26,281 bases of DNA, from the NCBI GenBank assembly GCA_024626585.2, contig JANKJI020000002.1:17880452-17906732 (forward strand). Direction: 5' to 3'. Below, in pieces: positions 1 to 13,033 of the stretch (its first letter is position 1; each line of letters opens with the position of its first letter). The notes under the pieces were generated by a model, which did no database searches, had not been told where the DNA came from, and saw only the letters and a list, made by a program, of their open reading frames with translations. The translations under genes were made by a program, and so were the position numbers. This stretch comes from Ginkgo biloba. Taxonomy: Eukaryota > Plantae > Ginkgophyta.

Positions 1-542
1 AAGTTCAAAGCAACATGGTTACCAAATTATTTTTGGTAATTGAGGTAGTTGAAGATCATTTGGATCCTTATTCCCAAGAATGTAAACTATTCACCATATT
101 GAAGGAAAAAGGATAGCATAGTTTATTGTATTTATAAATATAATATTCTAAGATAGTTTATTATGCTATAGTACTAATATTATATCTCCCTTACTTGATG
201 GTAGTAAAAATGCTCTATCATTTTAAATCTGGGGCCCTCTAGTTCTATGATAAGGTTGTCTCAATATATAGATAATTGATAATGAAGATGACATGATTGA
301 GTATGGAGGGAACTACTATTGATATTAGAGAATCATATAAAGGAGATAATAAGGAGTGGGTCACGTAAAAGTTGTATCCTAATTGCAACAAGGTTGATCT
401 CTGGAGTAAGTTCAATGGATTCCACATTAACCATATTAATAATAAAGGAGAAAATTATGTAGCTTGCATCATAGTGAGGTGATTATATTTCTTTAAATCT
501 AATACTTATTTGAGTTTGCAATGGGATATTTTGACTACAAAA

Positions 543-1010
543 GTACCTACAATACATCTCTATGCTTAGCCCCCCTGGTTGGTTGATGGACTTAAAGAAC
601 ACTGCATTTCTTTGAAGATGTTTAGATTTCCATTCCATATGCCCTCTTTGGTTGTCACCATTTACATGAAAACTTTGGATCCTACCACATGTAATGATCC
701 ATCATCTAATCCCCAATTGAATCTATATGCATGTTTGTAGATAAGAAAGGATGATAACTAAGATAAAATTACTATGGCCTATTTGGGGAATTCATGCATA
801 GCCTTACATGGGTTGAATGATGGCCCAAAAAGAAGAAAAAAAATTCTTGAATATATAAAAAAGAAATGGAGGTAACTCCAATGGAAGGAATATGATAATA
901 AAACTTATGCATCCCTGTTAGGAGCACCCAATGATAAAAATCCTATTCCATCCTATTCATATCATGCCTAGATAAAATAGATCATATGGAAGTTTAAAGA
1001 AGAATATTAG
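543..1010 (+). pseudogene. Decayed ORF, probably the additional (non gag-pol) ORF of a Ty3/gypsy element; the remnant may extend over 1-1574
   Basis: Manual translation from 543 gives VPTIHLYA*PPWLVDGLKEHCISLKMFRFPFHMPSLVVTIYMK...KKILEYIKKKWR*LQWKEYDNKTYASLLGAPNDKNPIPSYSYHA*. The frame looks protein-like and is broken only by TAG/TAA stops. The W...F-x-M-x-S-L-V motif resembles extra ORFs of conifer Tat/Ogre-like elements as recalled (inference). Confidence 0.4.
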
Positions 1011-1674
1011 ACTAACTCCAACCTTTGATCACAAAGATTTTATGTTATCGATCACTCATTGATCTCTACCATAGCCCAATATAATTATTGGACAAGTAAT
1101 AGGGAATATTTTATTGAAGATCCCTATAGAAAATCTTGGTCACCCTTAGACTTGATAATTATTACATTCTTAGAAATATAAGAGAAATCAATCACCATTA
1201 GAAAGGAAAAAGAGAATAAGAAGTATTCTGCCCAAGTTTCTAAAACATAAAAATGAAAATATTCATAATCCTAGTATATTGCCCAGGGTCATTCCACCCA
1301 TACCAGAAAAGATGACTAAACTAAGGGAAAGGAAGTAGTTGGAGGTAGGTTGAAGAAATGGAAAGTAAGTGAAAACCAAAAAAATAATGAGAGGACTTTG
1401 ACATCCCTCCTTCTACTGATACTTCCAAGGACCCAAAGTCCATAACTATGCCTTCAACCCTTAGTGATTGATAAAATTTGGTAATGATGATGCCTCTATT
1501 TATGAGTCTAATAAATATTTGATCTGTATGGAATCATCAAAGAATTGAATTCAAACTTAATAAGAAAAACTGACNNNNNNNNNNNNNNNNNNNNNNNNNN
1601 NNNNNNNNNNNNNNNNNNNNNNNNNNNNNNNNNNNNNNNNNNNNNNNNNNNNNNNNNNNNNNNNNNNNNNNNNN

Positions 1675-1905
1675 ATATAGTGAAGGAAAAAAAGATGATG
1701 ATACTATGATGAAGTGAGGGTCTTTGGAGAAATTATTTTGATAAATAATAAGGTGTTATTTTTGCTGGGTTTTCTCTCGAAATGGTTTCCTAGGGTAAAT
1801 ATCTTGTTTATTCTTGTGGATATGCTCTTATTATTTCTTTTCTACATTATTTTAAGATTTTATTAGCATTTCCTCTCTTGTATTGGTTTATCATTTTTTC
1901 TTCAA
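1675..1905 (+). mobile_element. LTR-like fragment (U5-type segment)
   Basis: Contains gctgggtttttctctcgaaatggtttcctagggtaaatatcttg, a style of motif common in plant LTR U5 regions. No PBS or second LTR is visible. Confidence 0.3.
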
Positions 1906-3234
1906 TAAGCACCAACAACGCTAGATACTCAAAAGAAAATTTATTTCCTACATCAAAACACCAACCCAACCAACAAAACTCGATCACATAAATATTGGAA
2001 TAAAATAAAAATATGTATATTTCATTCTAGAATTTTTTCGAGATTATGAGTATAAGATCTTAATGAGTACATAAGAAGATTAAACTCTTAGACTAAAAAG
2101 GTTTCAAAGTATTTTATACAAGTAATCAGGATGACCCACTAGGTGTATACAAGCTCCAAACATAGGCAAAGGTATTGTAATATGAAATATGATCACATTA
2201 GTATTACAATCATAACATAAGGAAAATAAACACAAAGAAGAATGACATCAAACCAACACAAATTGAAATTGTTTGCCATAATACCACTATAATATGAATA
2301 CCTAAACTATGGAATCAACCTACAAGTATGGAAGTGATAGTTGTAATAAAAATATTGGGGATTGGAGACCACTTCAGGAACTGAACTAGGGATGAAAATT
2401 AGGTCTTTACATTATTACCTATAACCATAGATAAAAATCCTTCCTCCACGCAATGACACAAATGTGCCTCTAAGCCACTTGATGACCCTCTAACCCCCTA
2501 TATTCCACCAGACCCTCATTTTCTCCAATGATTAGTCTCATCCCAAGTAGGGATAAGGCCAAAGAAGGGTTTTTAGAGAGAGTCACGACCTCCCCCAACA
2601 CAACCCTCATACAGAGCTCTAACTCTGTATATTTTTTCAAGGTGCCTTAGTTTAAAGTATAAAAGGGATTTATTTCACATATTTTACATCACTCATTCAT
2701 CACATTTTATTCTTATTTTAGAATATTTTACTCTTTCTAGGTAGAAGGTGCTTGTTGGGAGGAAGAAAACACTCATCAATAACTGATTTTCACAAGTTTA
2801 CGCATTCCCAAGAACATACTAACAATATAATTCTATAACAATAAACATAGAAATAAGTTAAACAACAATCATAACTGAGCAAAAAAATAATAGAATGGAG
2901 AGGAGGAGACAAGTGGACATGAACTCAATATTCATTTAATTCAATGCATGTATATATATAGGTTTATATCTAATCATATTAAATGGATTGATATCAACAA
3001 AATGGCTCCCATATCTACCTCATTAATTTATCTCTCTAGAGATTTCTATAATTCTCCCTTTCTACCTAACTCAAGTGAAATATATTAATGCCGTGATACA
3101 TTTGATTAATTAACATAAGCACTCNNNNNNNNNNNNNNNNNNNNNNNNNNNNNNNNNNNNNNNNNNNNNNNNNNNNNNNNNNNNNNNNNNNNNNNNNNNN
3201 NNNNNNNNNNNNNNNNNNNNNNNNGCAAATAAGA

Positions 3235-3460
3235 CAATATAAAGGAATGGAAGGAATGATCCTAGAATGACATACTAGCACCTATGGGAAATTAGACTTT
3301 AGGATTAATGAGATACACACCAATATAGACATCAAGATAAATACAATGGAGGAAAATATAAAATTAGTCAATGACAAGATCGATAAAATCCTCATATAGT
3401 TGGGATCACAACTAGAATCTATAATTAGGAGTTCAAGAAATAGGATGTCTCTAAATTAAG
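3235..3460 (+). pseudogene. Decayed coiled-coil ORF fragment, possibly a Ty3/gypsy gag N-terminus
   Basis: Translates as YKGMEGMILE*HTSTYGKLDFRINEIHTNIDIKINTMEENIKLVNDKIDKILI*LGSQLES. The heptad pattern is similar in style to the gag N-terminus at 5190-5378. Confidence 0.3.
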
Positions 3461-4339
3461 AGATAAACACCTATCACCATTAATAGCAAGGAAATATGAA
3501 TAACTGAGGAGAATTTATTTGAGCAAAAAATGGAAGAATATGATATAGTTTATAATTAAAAATTTTAATCTTTAGTTTTAGTGATACCATTAAAGATTGT
3601 GAGTGGATAAGCATGAAGATATTGTGGAAAATAATCTATCTTTCATCAATTCAAACATCAACATAATATATAAACTCTTATTCAAAGACAAGTGAATCAA
3701 AGGTTCTTATAAATAGATGGCAAACCATCACATACACAACTAATTTTTTACCTAATCAATAAATTAAAATAATAAATATACCCTTAAGTATAACTTATGT
3801 GAAATAATACAAATGTGTCATAATGACACTTATTACATTATATTACTTCTAATTCCTAACAAATCAAGATAAGGATGGCATACAATTAAGTAGGGATAAT
3901 AAAGTAAATAGATAAAGTAAGGACAATGGTATAATATATGGAAAGACTTGCCCATATTTAGGGAGCAAGATATTGGGAACAAAATTAGATAATAATAAAA
4001 ACATTTGAATGATTTTCTATGGATTTTTTTCCAAAGGATAAACTGATACTAGAATGAGTCATATAACATCCAGTTAACACATATATACCAAAAAGAGATG
4101 TCAATAAAATCCTATACCAAAAAAAAATTAAATACTCGAGTCCAAAGAAGAAATGAACATAGATGATGCATGTGAATTTTATATTATAAACCTAAGATAA
4201 NNNNNNNNNNNNNNNNNNNNNNNNNNNNNNNNNNNNNNNNNNNNNNNNNNNNNNNNNNNNNNNNNNNNNNNNNNNNNTGAAGGTACCTTATGAGTCAAAT
4301 AATACCTTTATACAATGAACAAGGTGGAAGGCCAATGGA

Positions 4340-4510
4340 AAGACAAGCCCACTAGACTAATAACCCAAAATGGAAAGAACCAAAGGTTGAAGGAAGGGTG
4401 CGCTATTGATGTAAGGAACCATAGTCCTATGATGACAAATGTAGCCAAAAAAAAAATTATAATAGAGGCCCAAAGAAAATAGGATAAGAGAATAGGCAAT
4501 GAAGAGATAG
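4340..4510 (+). mobile_element. Ty3/gypsy (chromovirus-type) gag C-terminal zinc-knuckle remnant
   Basis: About 4391-4455 reads GRVRY*CKEP*SYDDKCSQKK, matching the GLCYRCKEPWxxDHxC knuckle type. The stops fall at expected R (TGA) and W (TAG) positions. Confidence 0.55.
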
Positions 4511-4865
4511 NNNNNNNNNNNNNNNNNNNNNNNNNNNNNNNNNNNNNNNNNNNNNNNNNNNNNNNNNNNNNNNNNNNNNNNNNNNNNNNNNNNNNNNNNN
4601 NNNNNNNNNNNNNNNNNNNNNNNNNNNNNNNNNNNNNNNNNNNNNNNNNNNNNNNNNNNNNNNNNNNNNNNNNNNNNNNNNNNNNNNNNNNNNNNNNNNN
4701 NNNNNNNNNNNNNNNNNNNNNNNNNNNNNNNNNNNNNNNNNNNNNNNNNNNNNNNNNNNNNNNNNNNNNNNNNNNNNNNNNNNNNNNNNNNNNNNNNNNN
4801 NNNNNNNNNNNNNNNNNNNNNNNNNNNNNNNNNNNNNNNNNNNNNNNNNNNNNNNNNNNNNNNNN

Positions 4866-5378
4866 CTGACTAAAATAGTCATCTTCCGACACATTACCAT
4901 ATTGGGCTATGACATCTTCCACAAAATTATCCCATTTATATGACAACCCTACCCATCTATTCTTCACCTACTGATACCATTGAAATGGCTTAGTTTCCAT
5001 GTGTAAGGAGGCCAATATGATATTTTTATCAGAGGGTACCTAATGAAGGTAGAAATATTGTTCCATTGGGATGAGCTAGGTTCTTACATCTTTCTCATCA
5101 AACTTTCATATATCTACCTTTGAAAGGTATCTAATTTTGATTCCCCTTTCTTCTTGAGTCTCTTTAGGAATAATTTCCTCCTTAGGTTATTATGACATTC
5201 TCATCAATAAGTTTTCTATCCTTTCCATGCACTTTTCTACCTTATCCATTCTAGCATCCATTTTGCCTCTCATCATATGAAAAACATCATTCAATTCATT
5301 TGACCAATTGGGATTAATTTTAGGATCCATTCCTTTAATGAAGCTGGATTTTAATGTTGACACTCCATTTTGAGCCAT
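4866..5378 (-). mobile_element. Ty3/gypsy chromovirus-type gag pseudogene (N-terminus plus Retrotrans_gag capsid region), cut by a gap
   Basis: The minus strand reads MAQNG...MDARMDKVEKCMERIENLLMRMS*, then LSKVDI*KFDEKDVRT*LIPMEQYFYLH*VPSDKK/ILASLHMETKPFQWYQ*VKNRWVGLSYKWDNFVEDVIAQYGNVSEDDYFSQ. This is the classic KFDGxD..W...MEQYF..H....K...ASL......WYQW gag signature, with a frameshift and in-frame stops. Confidence 0.85.
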
Positions 5379-5529
5379 TCAAGGAGGAATACAACAAATG
5401 TAGTAATAAATTCATAACTTATAAAAACACTTGCAAATTTAGAATATATCAACAAAAACATAAGATATTCTATTCATCAAGGATCTATTTATATTAATTA
5501 CATCCTAGATTTAAAGTGCCACTAAAAAT

Positions 5530-5906
5530 TTTTGTTCTTGGATTGGTTACAAACATCAGAAGGCAATCATAAGATAGAAAATACCCTAGAGATCACAAAG
5601 TATGAAGACACCATTGATTTGAGATGACCTACTTTAATGATAGATAAAATAAGTCACATCCTACATTTCCTCCCTGCTCTGTGGTTTTAGGACTCCCTCA
5701 TTTGGTGAGAGGTGATGATCTCTCCACTTATCTTCATGGAAAAGAAAGACATGCAAGCTTGTAAAATCTTGGAGACAAGAATGACCCAACTTGTACATAA
5801 TAAGGAGAATGAAGATACATGCACCCCACTACCATCATCCTCTACATTTCTTTCCAATTCCACCTATTCCATTCCTTCATAGGAACAAGCCTTAAAACGA
5901 GGGGCA
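5530..5906 (+). mobile_element. Highly decayed Ty3/gypsy integrase C-terminus (GPY/F region to chromodomain position) ending in a polypurine tract
   Basis: Successive frames give LFLDWLQTSEGNHKI, DHKV*RH..EMTY, SHPTFPPCSVVLG, CKILETRMTQL and NEGHV. These are collinear with the chromovirus integrase tail (VFLRLQ..GPYKV..AY..HPVFHVSCLKKVIG..ILETRxxQL..EGHV). Purine-rich aaaacgagggg lies just before TG at 5907. Confidence 0.55.
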
Positions 5907-6282
5907 TGTGACCCATAGCATGCATATTGTTCGTCACCTAAACTCACTGTCTTTTGCCCAAGTTCAGTCTTCGCCATCTTCATGTTCCTTCATTTGCCAA
6001 GTTAGTTCCTTTATAAAAATTTTACCAGTGTTCGGATGCCTTCCAACAACTTCTCAAGCGCCTTGTGGCTCACTCTTCGAGGGTCGCACGAGTCGCAGTA
6101 TGGCTCATCTGTACTTGGTAGCAATGAGAGTCAATCGAGGTGTACTTTCCTGACGGATAGAGCAATCATTGGTTCACCTAGAAGGAATTCTCAAAAGAAC
6201 TTAATTCCCCTTTCCTAGGTTTCATGGCACATCCTGACTTGTCTAGGAGATGGTTAAGCAGCCAGGACTCACTTAACTATCA
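5907..6282 (+). mobile_element. Putative 3' LTR (about 376 bp, TG...CA)
   Basis: Starts TGTGAC right after the PPT and has a TATA-like tataaaa near 6012. The candidate end ...actatCA at 6282 is inferred, and no partner LTR is present in the window. Confidence 0.5.
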
Positions 6283-7533
6283 TATTGTTAGGTATTTTTA
6301 TTCTCTCTTAGTGTCTATTAATTTATTGACTAGCCTTTACTAGTATCTTTTTACTTCCCTAGGGTGATCAAGGAAGTCCCAAATGATTCGGGAGATTGCA
6401 CAAGATTTTTTTGAAACCACAACGTCACTAAATTAAAATTAAGGCATTTTCACTAAAGAAAAGGAAAAAGGGGGAATTCTTGGTGAAATCATATAATCCT
6501 TATACTACCAGGAAGGTTCAAAATATCTCAGACTATGATTGATAAAGGAAGGAATCCACAATGCAAATTAAGCCTATTTCAATCACGTACGCCAAGTCAA
6601 ATATAAATAAAAAGGGGTGAGTTAATCACAATCTCCTAGAATATACCTCCTCCCTAACTCACTCAAGAATCCTTTACATCAACCATGATTCTATCATATA
6701 TAATAAGGTTATGGAAATCTTCCTATAATATTCTCCTTAACCTAGGACATTAAGGAAATGGGACAAAGCCTAGGATAATTAGGGTATAGTGGTGCATTCA
6801 TGAAATTTTAAGACCTGCATTAATGAATTGACTTGTAATCATCCTAAGGGCATACATGGTGTCTCATCAAGAAGATGAAGAGGAAATTGTTGACCAATTA
6901 GGTCATAACAAGTGGTAGAAAATTATTAACATTTCCCTTGAGAATTGAAAGAGGCTNNNNNNNNNNNNNNNNNNNNNNNNNNNNNNNNNNNNNNNNNNNN
7001 NNNNNNNNNNNNNNNNNNNNNNNNNNNNNNNNNNNNNNNNNNNNNNNNNNNNNNNNTTTCTCAATTATTTTTATGTATTATGTTATGATCTTTATATAAG
7101 AATATTATTCATGTATAATTGATATAATATAATTGTTGTATTTGATGTGAAATCATAAAAATTATATTTTTTCATAGAAATAAGTTGATGAAATGCTTAT
7201 AAACAGTAATTTTTATATATTTTATCTTTAGTTAGAGTTAAGATAGAAAAAATTTATGTAAAGACTACATTCATTAAGGGGTATGATAGTGTATTAATTA
7301 ACTTCATTTACAACAAGGATAGCCTCACTACTAAATTACATGTACTTAAGTTACCTATATCTAAAATGAAGGTAAAATATTTACATTTTATAAGTAAATG
7401 GATAATGATAATGAAGGTTTATGTAGCTCTATTCAATGTATTTTTTACCTATAGTCATTCTAAGGGTAGCTATATTTCTAACTACAAATATATTAAAGAT
7501 AATATAATGATATATTTTTACATGAATATGAAT

Positions 7534-7662
7534 TGAAGGTAACTTGCCTATAGTATTACTAAAGTAAACTTACCTATAATCACAATAAAGTTAAATTTAT
7601 TATAGTCAACTAAAGGTAAATTACCAACAATCACACTATAGGTAACTTACCAATAGTCACAC
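7534..7662. repeat. Minisatellite, about 5 copies of a 25-26 bp unit (consensus taaaggtaacttacctatagtcacac)
   Basis: Units start at 7534, 7560, 7586, 7611 and 7637. Related partial copies occur near 7348-7375, 7443-7470 and 7732-7806. Confidence 0.8.
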
Positions 7663-10600
7663 TAAGAGTAAGTAAGTTTGTTTAATATTTTTTTCTTGTA
7701 GTTATGGTGAGGAAAAATCTAGTTGAGTCATGACTTACCTTAATCAATTGTGTAAGTTGCATAGATAAGAGATATAGGTAGCTACCTACGCAACTTATGA
7801 AGGTAATTAAAATTAAATTCTTAACATCAACTACCATTTTAATATTGTGATTAGTAGATACTATTGTCAACTTGTCCCTTCTATGATGTATTAATAATTT
7901 TGAATTTAATGAATTAAGTGGTCAATTTTTCCATTNNNNNNNNNNNNNNNACTAAGTTTTCCTATATTTATTTGAAGATATATGGATAAAAGGATCCCCA
8001 TATAGCACTTAGTGTTTATTAGACTCTTAGATAAGATAGGAATTTATATTTTGGTTTGATTGTAGAGTAGGTTAGTATTTCATTGGTTGGGTATCATATT
8101 TTAATTATGTTGTTTCATTTAATTTAAATAGCTGTTAGAAATTAATTTTATAATTAGTTTCAATTCTCTTAGATTTAGTAAAGGTGATAGATGAANNNNN
8201 NNNNNNNNNNNNNNNNNNNNNNNNNNNNNNNNNNNNNNNNNNNNNNNNNNNNNNNNNNNNNNNNNNNNNNNNNNNNNNNNNNNNNNNNNNNNNNNCCACC
8301 TACTCTTACAACCTCATTTAAGATATATATGCATTCCTTATCATTATGGTTTTAGACTCTAAATCCTTCATATTAATACAAGGCTCACTATTAGATTCTC
8401 AAAGTACTATTTCTATCTCCTTTGGCAATCCTTTCATAAGTTTCTTGAGTAGATCTTAACAAATTTTTTATATAGACACTTCAACACTTAGTTTGACCTG
8501 ATTTTTAAATATCTTGACCAAATATTTGAGTTGAGAAGACTTATAATTCTTCTCAACTTCAGACTAAGTGTTCTCTTAAAAATTAACTATGTTTTCTCGT
8601 TTTGGCAATGAAACCAATGTTTAACTATTATATAATTAATGCTCCACTTTTACTTTACCATTGATTCTACTAACCAATGCTACCAAGAAATTTGAGCATA
8701 ACAATTATATTAAGAATGAACACAACATAGATCTAACATAAATCACTATTTGCAATATCATCTATTATAATCAATAAACATATCATGCATTCAACAAGAA
8801 CTTAGAGACTAAAGGAGAACAACCAATCTTTTATTCATCAACTTGAAACATATATACACATATACTACAAATCTCACCCATGTTGGTAAGAAACACAATA
8901 CCTTATATTCATAGATGTAAATATACAAATTCTCACTCATTTTACAACAAAATATTCCTTCAAGAATATTCCTTCTCACGTAATATAAATATTAACAAAA
9001 CAAAATAAAACAACTAAGCTTAATTAAAGTAATCATTATCTACATATGCTAATTCAACATAAGAATCTTATGAATTGAAATATGGGAGTATTTCTATAAT
9101 CGTATTACATATATTTAGAACATTTAGAAAAACATTTAAATATATATGTTATAATACCTAAGAATTAATATTGCTAAATTTATAATTAAGTGTAGAAACA
9201 TTGACAAACTTATAGACTGATTGAAGTTTTATGTATCCAACTTTTAACAATTAGTGATTTTTAGCCATTAAAAATTTTCCTAAGATATAGGATCTTAAGC
9301 GGTTAAAAATTTGTGAAACTAATTAACAAGTTAGTAGGATTACTAGAGGATGTAATCACTTATTTATTAGTTAGTAAGAGTTTACAAGTATATCAATTAG
9401 AAAAATTATTAGATGATAAAAGGTGCATTGTCCTAACATCCTTATATAATTTTATTTGATATAAGTTATCTTAGCTAATATTATACTCATCATCTATCCA
9501 TTTATTTATATTATTTGGATATTATTCCAATTATTTTTTAAAGGCCTATAGGCACAATTTTGAGGGTTCTCACAAATTATTTGAGTTTGAAAGGTTCTTG
9601 TCCTTATCTAGTTGCCCATTAATATTTTTATAGAACAAATCTCCTCCATAATCCTCATGATTTTAATTTTTTTATCAATCTTTATAGGTGTATGAGTAGA
9701 AATTACACAAACATTTATTGGTGCTAATGGATTTAATGTGTATTTAAAACTTATTACATTACTAGAATCATGACCAAACAAACACTTATGTTGTAGTAAT
9801 AGGTGTTTCTCTATATCGAGTCATCATGTAGTTATTTTATGCCAAAGAAGACTCATTAAATTGCATATTTATAAGAATGCAAGAAAGGGAATTTGATTTA
9901 AAATTATATCTAAGAGTAGATAAGTGTGAATGTCCATAAGAAATAAATATGAGTTGTAGACAATACTTTACATAACCTATTATATTGAGTTTCATTCCCT
10001 TGGAGTGAACTAATATAAGATGTATAGTATAAATATATTTTTACATATTTTTTCTTTATTTAATATTTAACTAATTTATTGAACTAAAGCCTCGAATACA
10101 CAAGAGTATAATAGAGGGAGAGAGAGTAAGCTAAAATATAAAAATTTTCCAAATGTACAAATGTGAATTCATGAAGCATTTTAAAAATATAAATTTCTTT
10201 GAATCTAAAAGGGTCCAAATGTTCTTTTTTTAAGGATTGTTTTATTTAACTATATAGAGTATGGAATATTAATCCCTACAAGCATGTTTTTGGAGAAATT
10301 TGTATTAAATGAACCCCTTATGACTTGATAAGATACGTTCTTATAAGTATAAAATGCATTGTCTTATATCCATTATGGTTAACTAATCATTTATAGTCCC
10401 TCAAGAAGGGAGGGATATTATATTGATGTATATTAAGTGACCTATCTTAAAGGCATAACAAAATGTTTTGATCCATATATGATCATCTTAGTAATTTTAC
10501 CTCTAGTTTTTTTCTATTTTAATTTCAACATAGTTTTTATGTTTCTCTTATAGAATTTATTATTTTAATTTCCACTCTTATGTTTAACATAATAGGGTCT

Positions 10601-13033
10601 ATCCATTTTTGNNNNNNNNNNNNNNNNNNNNNNNNNNNNNNNNNNNNNNNNNNNNNNNNNNNNNNNNNNNNNNNNNNNNNNNNNNNNNNNNNNNNNNNNN
10701 NNNNNNNNNNNTACTGAGTTCAAATTCAATTTTTTGACGATCTAATACAGATCAATTGCCCCCTAGATTTTGTACATGCTTTCGCACTTCTTGAAGGTTA
10801 TTCCTTCAGCCTCCAACATGTGGGCACATAAAAAAGAGAGAACTTAGAGTATTCTTTTTTACTTTGAATAAGATTTTCTTATTAAAAATTATATCTATGG
10901 AATATTCTTCTATGTTATAAAACAAAGGCAAATTAGCAAAGCCAACTAATTAGTATATATTAATGACTAATATATAAAGAATAAAGATCCAATGCCATTG
11001 AAGCTAGGGTTAGGAAAAACTTTATGGGTTATATATAACCTAATTACTATATTTTGACNNNNNNNNNNNNNNNNNNNNNNNNNNNNNNNNNNNNNNNNNN
11101 NNNNNNNNNNNNNNNNNNNNNNNNNNNNNNNNNNNNNNNNNNNNNNNNNNNNNNNNNNNNNNNNNNNNNNNNNNNNNNNNNNNNNNNNNNNNNNNNNNNN
11201 NNNNNNAAAAACACACATCTTTAATATATATAGTCTATGTCATATACGTAAAAATAATTTGCCAAATGGATATATTTATATAAAATAATTCACTTCTTAA
11301 AGTTTTCCCTAGTTAGCATGCCCTTTGAAGTAAATTAGATAAATTAATTCTTGAGAAGTTTAATGTACGGAGAATTGTGCTAGTAGATGATATTCACCAA
11401 GTAGAGTTGGGGTTAATGGGCTCCTTTACAACTCATTTTTCCTTAGTGATATAAATGCACTTGGGCATCCTTCTTGAAATTATTGCACCATACCTAATTC
11501 GAATGGTTTATTATACTTTAAGACTTAATTGTCTAAGCTTTCACTTTAGTATTCTAGAGCATTATCAATAATCTCATGGAATGAAGGTTTGGGAGTAAAC
11601 TATTTATCATGTATTTAGGTAGTGATTAGGTAAGCCCCATAATCTATTGATTTTGGAATCTATTTAATAAAAAACTATCTCTAGATAGTTCTGCAAAAAT
11701 AACATAATTTTATGGAATTGTAATCATTTTTTCATCAAATAGATGTGAAAATGTATGATGGTANNNNNNNNNNNNNNNNNCCATTGGAATAGAAGTGAGA
11801 GGGTTTTGGGATCAAAACTAAGGAGAATTAGAAATATCATTTTGTTACCATTCTAGAAGATGGAATTGCAATAAAAAGTTGAAGTTATATTTTGCACCCA
11901 ACAAATGGTGGGCCCAAACTTTAGAAAAACATGCAATCTTGGCCCATTTGCAAGCCATATGGTTTGTTCTTAAAAGTTTGAGTTGGTGATTTGTTCATTT
12001 GTAGTGTTGTAGTAGATTTGCACTTATCAGGGTTCTTCATCAAATGGCTTATNNNNNNNNNNNNNNNNNNNNNNNNNNNNNNNNNNNNNNNNNNNNNNNN
12101 NNNNNNNNNNNNNNNNNNNNNNNNNNNNNNNNNNNNNNNNNNNNNNNNNNNNNNNNNNNNNNNNNNNNNNNNNNNNNNNNNNNNNNNNNNNNNNNNNNNN
12201 NNNNNNNNNNNNNNNNNNNNNNNNNNNNNNNNNNNNNNNNNNNNNNNNNNNNNNNNNNNNNNNNNNNNNNNNNNNNNNNNNNNNNNNNNNNNNNNNNNNN
12301 NNNNNNNNNNNNNNNNNNNNNNNNNNNNNNNNNNNNNNNNNNNNNNNNNNNNNNNNNNNNNNNNNNNNNNNNNNNNNNNNNNNNNNNNNNNNNNNNNNNN
12401 NNNNNNNNNNNNNNNNNNNNNNNNNNNNNNNNNNNNNNNNNNNNNNNNNNNNNNNNNNNNNNNNNNNNNNNNNNNNNNNNNNNNNNNNNNNNNNNNNNNN
12501 NNNNNNNNNNNNNNNNNNNNNNNNNNNNNNNNNNNNNNNNNNNNNNNNNNNNNNNNNNNNNNNNNNNNNNNNNNNNNNNNNNNNNNNNNNNNNNNNNNNN
12601 NNNNNNNNNNNNNNNNNNNNNNNNNNNNNNNNNNNNNNNNNNNNNNNNNNNNNNNNNNNNNNNNNNNNNNNNNNNNNNNNNNNNNNNNNNNNNNNNNNNN
12701 NNNNNNNNNNNNNNNNNNNNNNNNNNNNNNNNNNNNNNNNNNNNNNNNNNNNNNNNNNNNNNNNNNNNNNNNNNNNNNNNNNNNNNNNNNNNNNNNNNNN
12801 NNNNNNNNNNNNNNNNNNNNNNNNNNNNNNNNNNNNNNNNNNNNNNNNNNNNNNNNNNNNNNNNNNNNNNNNNNNNNNNNNNNNNNNNNNNNNNNNNNNN
12901 NNNNNNNNNNNNNNNNNNNNNNNNNNNNNNNNNNNNNNNNNNNNNNNNNNNNNNNNNNNNNNNNNNNNNNNNNNNNNNNNNNNNNNNNNNNNNNNNNNNN
13001 NNNNNNNNNNNNNNNNNNNNNNNNNNNNNNNNN

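Noticed and set aside
5598-5616. gtatgaagacacca as a minus-strand tRNA-Met PBS for the gag element
   Set aside because: It matches gctctgatacca poorly, and the segment fits better as part of the plus-strand integrase tail.
7534-7662. Repeat array with palindromic units as a possible CRISPR
   Set aside because: The units are head-to-tail without unique spacers, there are no cas genes and the context is eukaryotic.
10770-10830. Minus-strand mini-ORF MLEAEGITFKKCESMYKI* and the hairpin tgaagg-ttatt-ccttca
   Set aside because: It is only 18 codons with no proper splice acceptor, and a 6-bp stem is expected by chance.
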